From assembly GCA_951406725.2 (NCBI GenBank), contig OX597815.1, forward strand, positions 133,362,001 to 133,426,000: DNA of 64,000 nucleotides. The letters are read 5' to 3'. Shown here in pieces: positions 25,229 to 39,298 of this stretch (positions within the stretch are counted from its first letter, which is position 1; each line of letters opens with the position of its first letter). Made by a program: the position numbers and the translations under genes. A model generated the notes under the pieces. That model was not told the origin of the DNA. It ran no database searches and saw nothing but the letters and a program-made list of their open reading frames with translations. The stretch comes from Octopus vulgaris. Its lineage: Eukaryota.

Positions 25229-25627
25229 GGCGCAGGAGTGGCTGTGTGTAAGTAGCTTGTTTACCAACCACATGGTTCCGGGTTCAGTCCCACTGCGTAG
25301 CACCTTGGGCAAGTGTCTTCTACTATAGCTTCAGGCCGACCAAAGCCTTGTGAGTGGATTTGGTAGACGGAAACTGAAAGAAGCCCGTCGTATATATATA
25401 TGTGCGTGTATGTTTGTGTGTGTGTGTTTGTCCCCCTAGCATTGCTTGACAACCGATGCTGGTGTGTTTATGTCCCCGTCACTTAGTGGTTCGGCAAAAG
25501 AGACCAATAGAATAAGTACTGGGCTTACAAAGAACAAGTTCCGGGGTCGAGTTGCTCGATTAAAGGCGGTGCTCCAGCATGGCTGCAGTCAAAATGACTG
25601 AAACAAGTAAAAAAAAAAAAAAGAAAA
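25229..25627 (+). mobile_element. Full-length tRNA-derived SINE
   Basis: Near-identical to 10009-10425; inserted after (TA)n. Confidence 0.9.
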
Positions 25628-28055
25628 ATATATATATAGTTGACATAAGAATTATAACTTTGAGAAGGTGATGATTTTTTTTGGTGGGTATTGATTCTTG
25701 AAGTACATACAAAGCTATAAATAATACCCTGTAAATATTAGGTTGAAAAAGTCAAAGGCTGCCCTTATATGTGTGTGTTTGTGTATTTATATATGCATAT
25801 ATATTATACACACACGTATGTATAAGAATGCATATGTATGTCATAATATACATCATCTGATACGATCCAATGAGTTGGCAGGCCACATTTTGCTGCAGTG
25901 TCTCACTTTTAGCATTGTTTCTATGGCTCCAATCATTTTTACAGAATTTACTTGGATAATTCTATTGTGACACTAGGATTAGTAAGGCCACAAGACTAAA
26001 CCTGCAACTAGAGAGGGGAGCTTCATGTGAAGTGTTGAGAGTATGATAAAAAAAATGACAATAGATTGTTGTAGAGGAAATGGCGACTTCACATTACAGT
26101 GGAGTGAATTGGGAAAGAGAGGCAAAAATGGTGGTGACAAGAAATCAGAGTTTAGAGATAAAAGAAAGCAAATAGAAAAGTTTGGGGACAGAGAAGATCT
26201 GAAAGATGTGTAGGAAAGGGTTTGTAAGAGTGAGAAGTGGTTTGAAATAGGGGTAAGGATGAATATAATGAATGAACAAGGGTGGAGGAGTGGCTGAATG
26301 AAGATGCATATGTGTGTGTGTATATACACACACACAAACATTTAACATCCATCTGGCATGGGCTGGACAGTTTGACAAGAACCAGTGAGCTGGAGGGCTG
26401 TTGACCTCCAGTGTCTGTTTTGGTGTGGTTTCTATGGCTCTATGCCCTTCCTAATTGCCAACCACTTAAGTGTACTCACTGCATTTTTTTGCACCAGTTT
26501 TGCTGGGGTCACCAAATAACTTGCAAGTGAAAGGTAATAACCCCCCCCCCAGCTAAATGAGGTTTTAGTAGAGGATTTATAGCTTTATGCTAGGTATTGA
26601 GAGATAAAGTATAATAGAGGAACAGTCACAGGTGTCTTGCACTGGAATTAATTCATGAATACCTCACATCACACATGAGTGGATGGGAGTAGCTGGAAAG
26701 AAGATAAAGATGTTGGTGATGTTGGATGCTTGCATGACTGAGAGGTTAAGTTTACATTGTAACAATTAAAACTTAGGTTTGACCACATTGCATGGTCACT
26801 TGTGCTGCAGCCTTAAACTAAATTCAGAAACACTGCAACCTTGTAAATCAAATTGGGGAAGGCCCAGGATTGTCAGTGTCTGGCTGAAGAATACAAAGTC
26901 TCTTGTGTTTGTGTGTGTGCATAAATAGTAAATCTATAGGTACTTAGATACAAGTACCTATAGATTTACATACATATGCACATGCATATATAAGCATAGG
27001 TGTGACTGTGTGGTTGCAACCATGTGTTTTGGGTTCAGTACAACTGTGCAGCACCTTAGGCAAATGTCTTCTATAACCCTGGACTAACCAAAGCTTTGGA
27101 AATGAATTTGGTAGGCATCAACTCTGAGTCTATCATGTATATATGTTCTTTCTGTTATTCTCTCCATTACCATCCTTTCACATCTGCTGTTTATGATGGT
27201 ATAGGTTGGATGGGTCTGCTCACTGAGTTGGGAGTGGCGGGGGGGGATCTTGCTGCATGATAGTTGTTAATGAGTGATAATGTTTGAACAAATGATGTCA
27301 TTCATTTCCAACCTTCAGTGAAGACATCTCTGAACAAGAGGAAATTTTACCTTTCTTGAAAACAAGGACATCTAGCTGTAGAGAATTTACTTTGGCCTAT
27401 ACAAACATGAAACAGTGGGCATTAAAATTTATGATATGCATATATATGTGTATAACCACAGAGGTGTGGCTGTGTGGTTAAGAAGTCTGCTTCTCAACCA
27501 CATGGTTTTTAGGTTCAGTCCCACTGCATGCAACTTTGGGCAAATGTTTTCCATTACAGCACAGGCTATCCAAAGCCTTTTGAATAGATTTAGTTGACAG
27601 AAACTGAAAGAAGCACATTGCATGTGTGTATAAGTGTCTCCTTGGGTTGACATCAAGTGATAGTTGTAAATGAGTGTCACTGCAATACAAGCAGTCATTC
27701 ATTTCAATATTCTCTGTAAATATGTCTGGCCAAGGAGAAATATTAATTTGTATCAAAATTATGTAATTATACATTTGGTGGTGTTTATCTGAATGAAACA
27801 GCTGTTGAATCCAATTAAAGTATGAAATATAAAGGAGATCTTTGCTTTTCTGCTGAATATCTGTGTATACACACACATGTCCAACCTATATCAGCATGGA
27901 AGACACATTAAATGATGTCTTTGTGTATGTATATCAGCAGCAGCAGCATTTAATGTCCTTTTTTTTTATGCAAGCATGGGCTGGGTTGGACTGCCTAACA
28001 GGGGACTGTGCCAAGCACCAATGTTTGCTTTAGCATGGTGTATGTGTGGAGGGGG

Positions 28056-28241
28056 AGGGGCAGGTCTTGAAAAGATCCTGGCTTTGGGTAAAAGGCAATA
28101 CTGGAGGATCAGTTAATGATTTTGTTTAACACATTCTCCTCTCAGATTCACACAAGCCCTGTAAAAGAACTCTGAAGGTTGGGCCTCCAACTAGATCTTT
28201 TGCAATACTCTTAAAACCAGGAACTCTTCAACACTTCCTCA
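28056..28241. mobile_element. Mariner-type MITE, degenerate
   Basis: Imperfect TIRs TGAAAAGATCCTGGCTTT / AAAACCAGGAACTCTTCA. Confidence 0.55.
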
Positions 28242-31200
28242 TATATATGTGTATTATATATACACATACACATGTATATATACTTTTGGGTGTAGTATTT
28301 CTCGATGATTAAAAACATACCCTTCACAATCATATGATTGCCGTTTCATGTGTGTGTGTGTTTGTCCCCCACCTCTGCTTGACTCCCAGTATTGGTTTGT
28401 TTACATCCCCATAACTTAGTGGTTTGACCAATAGCATAAATACTAGGCTTAAAAATGTCCTGAGTTCAATTTTCAACTTAAACTCTTCAAGACAGTGCAC
28501 CAGCATGGCTGCAGTCTAATGACAAACAGTAAAAAATAGAAAGATACACTCATATCAAGCTCTGTCTCTTCCCTCACATGATGCTCACAACCTTCCCACA
28601 GCATCTCTTCACCTCTTTCTGCACGATCAGTCATCACCTAATCTTATTCCTACCCTTGTCCACTGTTCACTTCTACCCAGTCTTTATAGTCATAAATTAC
28701 TTTTCTCTACCTTCCCTCCAACTTATGCTTACCATCTCTTCACACTTGTTCTTCCTTCATTATATTTATCCCCTCACTTATTCCCCATCTCTAACCATAC
28801 ACTCTACCCATCCACATTCCCTATTCTACTATCTTTGCTCCTATTATCCTTGTACCCTGGGTGGGGTGGGGACACTCTGAATCCTTATCACTATCTTATC
28901 CCTCTTTCCAGCTCCATGTTCCTCTCCAGTAAGAAACCTGTTGTGTTCCAGCTCCTTCTCTCATACTTAAACTCTCATCTCTTTGTATAGTGCTGTCTCC
29001 CTCTCTACTGGTTGAGGGGAATCTTAGCATTACTAGCTGCATGGCAACCTCACTAATGTTGTTGTCATGAACAAAGCATCCAATACACTTGTAAAGTGAT
29101 TGGCATTAGGAAAGACACAAAGCATGTCAAAATTAACATATGAGCACGATGCAGTCCCCAGGTCCATCGCATCTTTTCAAAACAAACCCATGCCAATGTG
29201 GAAAATGGGCATTAAAAGATGATATACTGTGGATATGCACACACACACATACATGTGTGTATATTTACTTGCCCACCATGTAGTTTTGGTTCAATCATTC
29301 CTATTGCATGGCTCTTTGAGCAAGTGTCCTTTTGGATTTGGTCTATGGAAACTAAAGCTATCACATCTGTTGTGTATTTGTTTATGTCTCTCTTGCTTCT
29401 CCTAAAATTACAACATGCTAATTTGGTTGTGTTGTTGTTAGTTCTCATGTCAGTAAATTGTTCATTCACTCTAGTTTTGAATCCACATAGAACAAGAGAG
29501 CCCTTACTTGAAAACAGCTACAGGTTAGCAATAAGTAGGGCACCTGACTGTAAAACAATGTAAAGCATAGTTGTCTAACTCATACAAGCATGCAAACATG
29601 ACTCAGGAAAATGAAAGGAAAGACAAATGTTTTGCATTCAGTCCAACTGCATGGAACCTTAAGCAAGCATCTTTTGTAGTCAGCCAAAGCTTTTTGAGTA
29701 ATTTTAGTGGATAGCCCATTATGTGTGTCATTCAACTGGAATCATTCATTTGCCTTCTTCTGTGGAAACATGTCTTGCCATTTTGCTGTTCTTAGACTAA
29801 AAGGAATATTACTTTGCTTAGAAACAGTTGAGGGCTGGTTTTAAGAAGGGCATTTGACCATAGATAATTTACCTCAATGAATTTTGTTTGACCCAAACAT
29901 GAATAAGCTGGGAATGATTACACACACACACAAATATGTAAACTTTTGTGTATGTATATCCAGACACACATAAATGTACTGTGAAGCCACTAGTCACTTT
30001 TCAACATTACTTCAACAAGCAAGTACTTAGTGTTCACAACCATCCTGTCCTATTTCTTGGTTAGTATAAAGTCCATGGGGGATAATTGCTCTGAGATGCT
30101 TAAAATATAAAGTTTGTAGACTTTATACTCACCAAAAAATAGGATAAAGGGATAGTTGTGAACACTTGTTTGTTGATAACCACTCAATATAGAGTAACAA
30201 ATAGTGGCTTCACTACATTCCAGACAGACCCAACCAGAAGACAATCTAGTGTAAGTATGAAAATGGAAAAGCTTCCAGCTAGTCATAGATTCAGAGATGT
30301 ATTAGTTTATATTTATCACAGGACAATGCAAACAACTGGGAGTCACTACTAAATAACTTGATCATCTTAGATTAAATCTGTACCAGATTCAAGGCAGACA
30401 GAAAGTGACATAGTCATGGACAACTACTGTAGATTAATCATAAATGCTATGAGAATGACTGGAAAGACAAAGAGTTGGGTAGATGCTATAGTTCAGGCAT
30501 ACATTGCACAGAGTTAGAGGTTTTGCATGTGTTCTGCAAGCTGAGTATTGGGTGTGAGATGTTCCCTATTGCAAAACAGTGTACCAGTGAGTGTTCAGGT
30601 GTCATTGCAGAAGATTGTGTACTGAATGATAGCAATTCACTTACCAATGCTGTGAAGAAAGTGGCAGGGAAATGCTACTACAAGAAGTTGTTGAATGAGG
30701 CAAATGCATCAGGGTGGGAGGGTCTACAGCAAAGACACCAACCATTTGATTAATGCTATAAAAGAAGGCAAAGCAGAAAGACCATAAGGGATAATTACTG
30801 AGATGCTTATAATATTTGGCAAAATAGGTCACATGCTAATCACTACATAGCTACTCAAGATGTCATATCCAATGACTGGCATAGTAGAATCATCAACTGC
30901 TACAAGGGCAAAAATGGTTCTCTCAACACCAGCAACTACACATGCATTAATTAATTTGATGCATCAGGATAGGAAAGCTACTAATAGAGTTATGGTACAA
31001 TTGATTAGCATATGGATTAACCTAGAGTTTTATATCTGGGAAAAGGGATGATATAATGGTGGTGCTGATGGATTTTGGCAATTGGATCTGTCCATATCCG
31101 ATTCCCTAGCATCACTCTTTGTTGTCAGACCCCCCCCCTCTCTGCCATCACCTTCTCTTTCTTCAAGTCTTCCAACTCCAACTATTTTGTTATTTAGTCT

Positions 31201-31392
31201 CTTTACTAATAATCTACTTATCACTTTCTTTTCCATTATTATCTCCCTTACCTTTCTCTTGTCTTCGTTGTATCTTCATTTCTCTGTCACATTACCCTAA
31301 ATGAAAAAAACAACCTCTCTAGTGTTGGTGCCTTAATAAAATGCATCCAGAACACTTCATAAATTGGTTGGCATTAGTAACTTCATCTAACC

Positions 31393-31611
31393 TATTTCTT
31401 TATTGCCCACAAGGGGCTTACACAGAGGGGACAAATGGGTTAAGTCGATTATATCGACCCCCAGTGCGCAACTGGTACTTAATTTAATCAACCCCGAAAG
31501 GATGAAAGGCAAAGTCGACCTCGGCTGAATTTGAACTCAGAACGTAGCAGCAGACGAGATACTGCTAAGCATTTCACCCTGCGTGCTAACGTTTCTGCCA
31601 GTTCGCCGCCT
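31393..31611 (-). mobile_element. tRNA-derived SINE, second family
   Basis: The reverse complement is AGGCGGCGAACTGGCAGAAACGTTAGC..GAGTTCAAATTCAGCCGAGGTCGACTTTGCC. Confidence 0.8.
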
Positions 31612-31820
31612 GGAAGATATACGTACAATGTAGGAAGATTGTAAGTCCAAATAAAAATCAGCTTGGGCTGTGTGTGTGTTCATATACTTGCACACACATA
31701 ATTGAGTGTACAGCATCATTTTATTTTAACCTTTTCATTACAATATTCCTAATGAAATATATTGTTTTCATTTCAGTTATTTTTGAAAATAATGAATTTA
31801 GTGAAATAACTTTGTCATTC

Positions 31821-32043
31821 TTAACCCTTTTGTTACCAACCCGGCTGAAACCGGCTCTGTTGTACAAATGTCTTGTTTTCTTAAGGTTTCAATTAAAATC
31901 TTCCACCAAACCTTAGTCACAATTTATGTTCCTAATACAAGCTGAATGATAACTAAGTTATTTTACTAAATTCTTTGTTATATTTAAAGGAATTGAAAGA
32001 AACACAGAACATCTCAACAGAAATACAGTAATGAAAGGGTTAA
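31821..32043. mobile_element. TTAA-flanked MITE nested in an older related MITE (~31726-32158)
   Basis: TTAACCCTTTTGTTAC...GTAATGAAAGGGTTAA; near-identical copy at 55085-55313. Confidence 0.85.
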
Positions 32044-32789
32044 ATGGCCAAGTATTTGTAATATAAATTGACATGAACTTTTGATGGAAGGTTTTAACTA
32101 CATCGCTTTAAAAGAGGAAGTATGTATTGTAGAACCAGGGGCATCACCAAAGGGTTTACTCATTTGATACCAGCCTATCTGAAACCTTACTATTCTATGA
32201 TGCAAACTTCTTGTGTTAAAGTGATCTAATTCAAACTTTTCATTAAAATTATATGCTAATTTAAGCTCCAAATATCTGCTTAATAATGATAAAGTTACTT
32301 TGCTAAATTCTCGTATTTTTAAAATTGATTAAAACAAAGGCTGTATATTTCAATAAATATGGTAACACACACATGTGTGGTTAGGTGGGTGGATGGATGT
32401 GTTGCACACTAGTTGGATAAGGCAAGTTGGATGGGCACAAATCTGAAGCATTCTGGAATATATTTGACTATACAGGGTGAACATTTCACAAATCATCAGG
32501 TAGGTCACTGCTGTCCAAAATATGCTTTAGGATCATTGCTGTGAAAATAAAAAGATAGCATTTTACAAGGGACAGAACATTCAGCCTGTTAAAACCCAAT
32601 GCTAAAATCCATGCTCTGGACAGGAGCATTCTACAAGGATTAGCTGGAAGGCTCATGGGTTGACTATGGAGGAGTGATACCAAAGCTGAGAAATTTTGCA
32701 TGTATTAATTTCAATCCTTATTAATAACTGCATTGTTTCTTTCAGAGTAAACTGACATGACTGTTGAAAGAAGACTTCAAAAATAACTA

Positions 32790-33645
32790 GTTGCAATTCT
32801 CTTGAAAATTACAAAATTTTGTATCATGGTGCTACATTAGGGGATGACACTCCACCTTTACCAACATTCCAAAGGTGGGCGGTTCAATTTAGGTGGGGAA
32901 GGGAGTCTTGAACATGACCCAAAGTCTAGATATCCTACAACTGCCACCACTAAGGAAAACATTGTGTTCACATGGTGATGGATGACAGGTGATTGACTAT
33001 AAATTTGACATTGAGGCAGATCCAGCCAGTTTCCTAACCCAGGATCAGTGTTGGGTTCATCACTTTGAGCCAGAGACAATCCATGCAGTTGAAACACCCA
33101 TCTTCACCTGCTCCAAAGAAGGCCAAGGTCGTTTCATCTGCAAGGATGCAAAAGCACTGTTTATTGACTAGATTCAAAAGGACCACACCATCAATGGAAA
33201 GTACTATGTCAGCTTGCTGAGGTAGTTATAAAAGGTTATCAAGACCAAATACCCAGGAAAACTGATAAAAGGGGCCTTGTTTCATCAGGACAATGCTTCA
33301 GCAAACATGTCCTTGGTTTCAATGACTGATGTATGTGATAGTGGCTTTGAACTGGTTGATCACCATCCTTCTTCTCTTGTTTTGGGGCCATCTGGCTATC
33401 ATCTGTTCCCCAACATGAAAGACACTTGGCTGAGAACAAGTATCACAGTGATGATTACATCATATCTGTTGTTGATGACTTTTTTGACCAACAGGATGAA
33501 AACTTTTTCACCATTAGGATCCAAGCACTGCAACACTGATGGAAGAAGTGTGTAGATTGCAAGGAGGATTATGTTGAAACCTCATTTGGTCACATTGCAT
33601 GAAAATATCTTGGTCAACCTATGAACTTTTCTGCCTATCCTTGAA
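32790..33645 (+). pseudogene. Mariner transposase relic
   Basis: WVHHFEPET, GHTINGKYYVSLL, LFHQDNA, LVDHHPSSLVLGPSGYHLFPNMK; many frameshifts. Confidence 0.85.
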
Positions 33646-33859
33646 CACTTCACTTTCACAGTTGGGGACAAATTTTCAGTGACTTACAGGAGCCATCTTG
33701 GGAAATAAGATGTACTTTGATACTGTCTTAATGTGTCTTAGCATCAGCTGTTCAGAGGGTTAGTGCGGGGTATGAATCTACTAGCATTTATTGATGGTCA
33801 GCTTTTTACTTTTAGCAGCTGTTCTATCAACTGTAGTGAGACTAGTGAGTTGATTGAAT

Positions 33860-34420
33860 ATGCTATATGAAGTAATTACCCAATATTGGCACACAACAGA
33901 ATGCTTCAGATTTGTGCTTTGTAAATATTGGCTCTTCCTTCCTTGAACAGATTGTCTTTAAATTTTTGTGGTACTCCAAGCTTAGATATAACACTGTTAT
34001 GTATAGTGGAGATATATCCACACCAACTGTGATTCCACTCAGCATCTCAAGTTGCTTTTTCATAGGCAGCCTGCATTCCCAAAATTTGATGGATCTCTTC
34101 CTTGCTAGAACCATTGCTTTAAATTTTGAAGGCTCTAAAAATGCTTTGTTTGCTACTGCCCTGTTTTCTTTTGCAGGTCTTTGTGTTATAAATAATATAC
34201 AGTTGTCAGCAGAAGTATTGACTATGAAAACTGGGAACAAAATTATCATAAATATTGAGCCTTATAAGACCTGCATTGATGAGTAATGGGTGACCTTTAA
34301 TAAATCTCCTGTTAAAATAGTTTTCAAACCATTTGATCAGTTTTCCATATTCCTTTGGAATTTAGTTTGGTGGAGAATCTGTTATTGTTAAACTCTGTTA
34401 AAAGCTCCTTTGGCACACAG
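33860..34420 (-). mobile_element. Very degraded LINE RT fragment (CR1/Jockey-like)
   Basis: WFENYFNRR..INAG..GSI..ILFPVFI..SADNCILF resembles the QGS..LF.IF..ADD region. Confidence 0.4.
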
Positions 34421-35509
34421 GACTGTGACATATATACTTCCCAACCTATCGCAAAGTCGTTTCACTAGATTATGTAATAGATCAATATTTTGATGAATCA
34501 CCTCAGTACTTCTTCTTACATATAGGAATCACAAGGGCGATATTTCGTTGTTTTGGAAATATACTACCAGAGAAGCAAGGTGAAATAGATAATGTAGGAG
34601 TTTCGTTAGTTTCATATAGCATCCCTTTCAGACTCTTAACTGCAATCAAATAAGTACCAGTGGGTTTTGAGTTCTTATGTTAGCTTCATATGTTTTGTAA
34701 TGACAATCATGCTTTGTAGCATTGAATGTAAAGGTTGTCTAGTCAGTGGTGATTTGTCATCAACATTTGGGACATTTTCTGTCAAAACTTAGCAGCAGAC
34801 AGGATATGAGTTTTGCTATTTTGAGCACAGTTGTATTGTTTGATGACAGTTGTGTGTGTGTAACACTAGTTACACCCCCCCAGAAAAGGGTGTGAAAAAC
34901 CATTTGCAGCTTGGTTTAAAATGTGCACACACATACACTAGCATGTTGATGATGTCAAATATGAAAACAAACCTTTCTTGAGAACTTGGCTACCTACAAA
35001 ACTGATGTGTCTGTGATGATATACATGTCATATCATTCATATCCTATCTAAACTTTTCACCTGTTTATGCATAGATTTGTTGGCAGAAGTGCTGAATTTG
35101 TGTTTCTAATAGAACAAGGTGACAAAAGATAAAGCTGAGAGGCTGGTTTTAAGTTGCTTAGTATGTTGAAGAGGTATAAATGGTAGCATGCAGAGGGAGA
35201 TGTGGGTTTTTTTTTTATGCCAGGAAAATTGGTGAAGGACTGATGGAATCAAAAAGGAAATACACAGGATTCCTAACTATTTCCGTATATTAAAAATTGG
35301 TGATATATATTATTTGGGCACATAAATAGGCTTGTTATCATTGACATGGCTCTTAGAACATTACAGCTGTCTACGGATATGGTTATGCGTCATGTCTGTA
35401 AGCCAGTGGCAATGATTAACTCTTGGAACCATTGTGTGAAGATTACATGTATTTTTAACTAAGTTCATGAAAATCAATTTGTAAAGGCTAATCCAGACTA
35501 ACACAGAAT

Positions 35510-35545
<36 letters not shown>

Positions 35546-36232
35546 TGATAATACTAAAACTCTAGGGATGTTTGTGTGTAACTGAAATATGTCAGAAATA
35601 GTATATTTTATCTTAATTTTTTTTACATATTTATTTTCATACTTTGGTAGTGCAGTGCAAATTTTTGTGACATTTTGACCTCTATTTAAACAATGAAACA
35701 CAATTTTTGTTATTTCTTGATGAAAAAAAATACATGGCTTCCGTGACGTATACACATACAGAATACAAACACATGTCCTTTATCTGTAATATATACACAC
35801 ACATAGTCTTTACTTTTTTTTTTGAAGTGAAAGATGTATGTACGTGTATATGTAATGGATGTGTGTGTGTGAAAGAGAAAGCACAAGTAAAAGGGTGTGT
35901 TGTCATGTATACGTACATACATCAATACATATGTATACATCCTTTTTGTATGTACGCGTGCATGTGAGTATGAGAGACAGAGTGAGTGAGTGAACGTGTG
36001 TTCTCATGTATGTGTAAGTAGCACCCTCTCTCACACACACATCCATTTCATATACACGTTCATACATCTTTCACTTTCTCCTCCCTTTTCCTCTTTAAAA
36101 CAAAAATAACAGGTGATTTTCAGGATAAAAAATTGTTTTAAAAAAAATTCTCATGTAAATTGATTACTATTGTTTGAATAGTTCCAATTAAGTCCAGAAG
36201 TTAGGTTAAATATATATATATATATATATATA

Positions 36233-36988
36233 CTAGCAGTATCGCCCGGCGTTGCTCAGGTTTGTAAGGGAAATAACTATAAAGCATTTTTAGAGAGTTA
36301 TAGCCAAAAAATAGAAAAAAATGATGGTAAATTTTTTTTGAGTTAAAACAGGTGGAGTTGCGTCCCCTAGACGGTCTGTGGTTTGGGTTTCTCATTCTCG
36401 ACCCCATGTCGAATTTATCGATTTTTTTCAGAACTGGGGGAACTTTTCAAAATTTTCGCTGCGTTAGTTTTGAATTATGACATTGGGCTATGTGTGTGTC
36501 AAGTTTCATCAGAATCGGTTGAAAGCCGTGGTCAGAGTGAGGGTACGAGAAAACAGACACACAGAAACACGCACAGACAAACTGCCGTTTATATAGAGAG
36601 AGATAGCAGTATCGCCCGGCGTTGCTCAGGTTTGTAAGGGAAATAACTATAAAGCATTTTTAGAGAGTTATAGCCAAAAAATAGCAAAAAAATGGGGAAA
36701 AAATGATGGTAAATTTTTTTTGAGAGTTAAAACAGGTGGAGTTGCGTCCCCTAGACGGTCTGTGGTTTGGGTTTCTCATTCTCGACCCCATGTCGAATTT
36801 ATCGATTTTTTTTCAGAACTGGGGGAACTATTCAAAATTTTCGCTGCGTTAGTTTTGATTTATGACATTGGGCTATGTGTGTGTCAAGTTTCATCAGAAT
36901 CGGTTGAAAGCCGTGGTCAGAGTGAGGGTACGAGAAAACAGACACACAGAAACACGCACAGACAAACTGCCGTTTATATAGAGAGAGA
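36233..36988 (-). mobile_element. Head-to-tail dimer of a non-autonomous Helitron (36233-36603 and 36604-36988)
   Basis: On minus, each unit starts TC and ends with the hairpin CCTGAGCAACGCCGGG plus CTAG (CTA at the junction). Inserted A|T in (TA)n; the two units are nearly identical. Confidence 0.8.
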
Positions 36989-37954
36989 TATATATATATA
37001 TTAAGGTATGTAGAAAAATACAACATGGACAAGAACGTATAACTCAAGAAGACGATACAATAAACACGGACAGGACATTCGAAACCCTCAGTCTTCAGTC
37101 AAGAACCGGATCATCGTAGTAATTTCGGCTGATTAAACATAAGTACTGTGAATTCTCATTCTACAAAATGGCAAACAATTCCATGAATATTTTACTGGGC
37201 AATGTATGTGGGTGTGTGTATACACATACACTTGCCATGTGTACAAAACAGATATGAAGAGTTCTATATTAGCTGGCTGCAAAGGAAAATCCTGCATGTG
37301 TTGTCAGTCAATCAACAGAAGCAATTTAAAAGCACTAACTGGCCTATTTGTTCCAAGCATAAAACTAACACTAAGTTAAGGGAGTACATATGAGTATATA
37401 CATAGTGTGTGTATCTCTCTCTCTCTCTACCACCACCCCTCTCTCTCACACACACACACAGACTAACTTGTGTGCAGTCATGTACACATCCATCTATTCT
37501 GTATCAGTATTGATAATGGGTGCATCAAAATTATATGACAGTGATGTGCCTTTCTGTCTGTGTTTGTCCCCCATCACCACTTGATCCAGTTAGGAGTTCA
37601 GCAAAAGTGACCAAAATGTACCAGGTTTAACAAAAAATTAAGTATTGGGGTTGATTCATTCATTGGCTGTGTTTAATTGCGCAGAATAGACCATCCTGGA
37701 ATAAAAATATATGGCTTGGTGGTTGTCATTGTCTTGAACACTGACCATTCTAGACAGAAAGAAAAATAAAGAGAGAGATTGAAAGGTGTTGACTTTTTGA
37801 AAATTTGGCACTTTCAGCTCTGGTCACATCATCATTATCGGACAAAACACCCACACTTATAAATGAGATGGTGTCTCAATTATGTTTTGTGAGACAGACA
37901 GGATCTCTCTTTTATATACATAGGTATGTGTGTGTATATATGTATGTATCTATC

Positions 37955-37989
<35 letters not shown>

Positions 37990-38022
37990 ATATTTATATG
38001 TGTATATGTGTGTGTATATATA

Positions 38023-39248
38023 CAGTGGTTGGACAAAATAATGGAAACTCCTCAAAATTTCAAACAAATTTATTTTAATATGGTGTAGGATCATCTTTGG
38101 CAGTAATTACAGCTTGAATTCTACAAGGTATGGACTTGTACAAAGTTTGGTTTGTTTCCAAAGAAATTTTTGTCCATTCTTCAGCTAAAACTCTCCAGTT
38201 CTTGTAGTGATGATGGTGGAGGATATCAACTCCTTGTTTTTCTAAATGTTCAATAATATTGAGATCTGGGGACTGTGGTGACCAGATAAGATGTTCAACT
38301 TCACTAGAATGTTCCTCATGCCATTCAGTAACAGTAACTTTAGCTGTGTGAATTGGTGCATTATCATCCTGAAAGATTGCGTTTCCCTTCGAAAACAGTC
38401 CCACAACCATACGATGAATTTGATCAGATAACATGCTTAAATAGTCTTGACTATTAATTCTGCCATGAAGGGAAACCATTGGGCCAGTGGATTTCCAAGA
38501 TATAGCGCCCCCCAGATCATCACAGATCTTTCTCTGTGTTTAACAGTTGGAAGAAGGCAGTCTGGGTCAAATGTTTCTTTTGGTTGTCTTCACGTGTATA
38601 CTTGGCCGGTGGTCGGAAATAGTGTAAAGGATGACTCACCCAAGTAAATAACATTTTTCCACTACTTTAGGGACCAATTCTGTAGGTTTTTACTCCACTA
38701 TAAAAGCTTGCAACATTTGTTTTTGAATATAGTAATTTTCTGATTGCAGCCCTCCTGTGAAATCCGGCTTTGTGCAGCTCCCAGCGAACAGTTTTTGTGG
38801 ATACTGGGTTCTCGAGGTAGTCATTAAGCTCTGCAGTAATTTTGGGAGCTGTACTTTTGTGATCTTTTCTTACAATTCACATCCTATCTGGAAGTTTTGG
38901 TTTTCTTCCTGAGTTTTGTTTCGATGATGAGATTTTTCCCTCTTTCTCAAAGGCTGTCATTACTTTTGAGACAGTACTTCTTGATAAACCAAACATTTCG
39001 GCTGTTTTCCTTATGCTAGCGCCAGCCATATAAGCACCAACAATTTGACCTCTTTGAAAGTCCAATAGATCTGTCATTTTAATGAATTTTAATTACCTTT
39101 TTCTGATGATATCTAAAAAGAAACAGCAAGATTAGCAAAACATATTAAGCAACACTAATAATCAAAAAATATAAACACGCTTTTGACAGTCTTATAGATG
39201 TTTCAAAATTATGATGCTAGGTGTTTTTATTATTTTGTCCAACCCCTG
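38023..39248 (-). mobile_element. Full-length Tc1-like transposon with disrupted transposase
   Basis: TIRs TA|CAGTGGTTGGACAAAATAAT / ATTATTTTGTCCAACCCCTG|TA. HTH region MTDLLDFQRGQIVGA..SGRKPKL; FQDDNAPIH..WSPQSPDLNIIEHL; frameshifts. Confidence 0.93.
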
Positions 39249-39298
39249 TATGTGTGTATATATGTATGTATAATGTATATATATATAGATATATGTGT

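Noticed and set aside
30050-31060. Cluster of short ORFs as a nested gene
   Set aside because: No recognisable domain or splice pattern; probably old retroelement debris.
37005-37140. Another hammerhead (minus-strand CTGAAGA..GAA)
   Set aside because: Stem II and stem I could not be formed convincingly; probably a truncated repeat.
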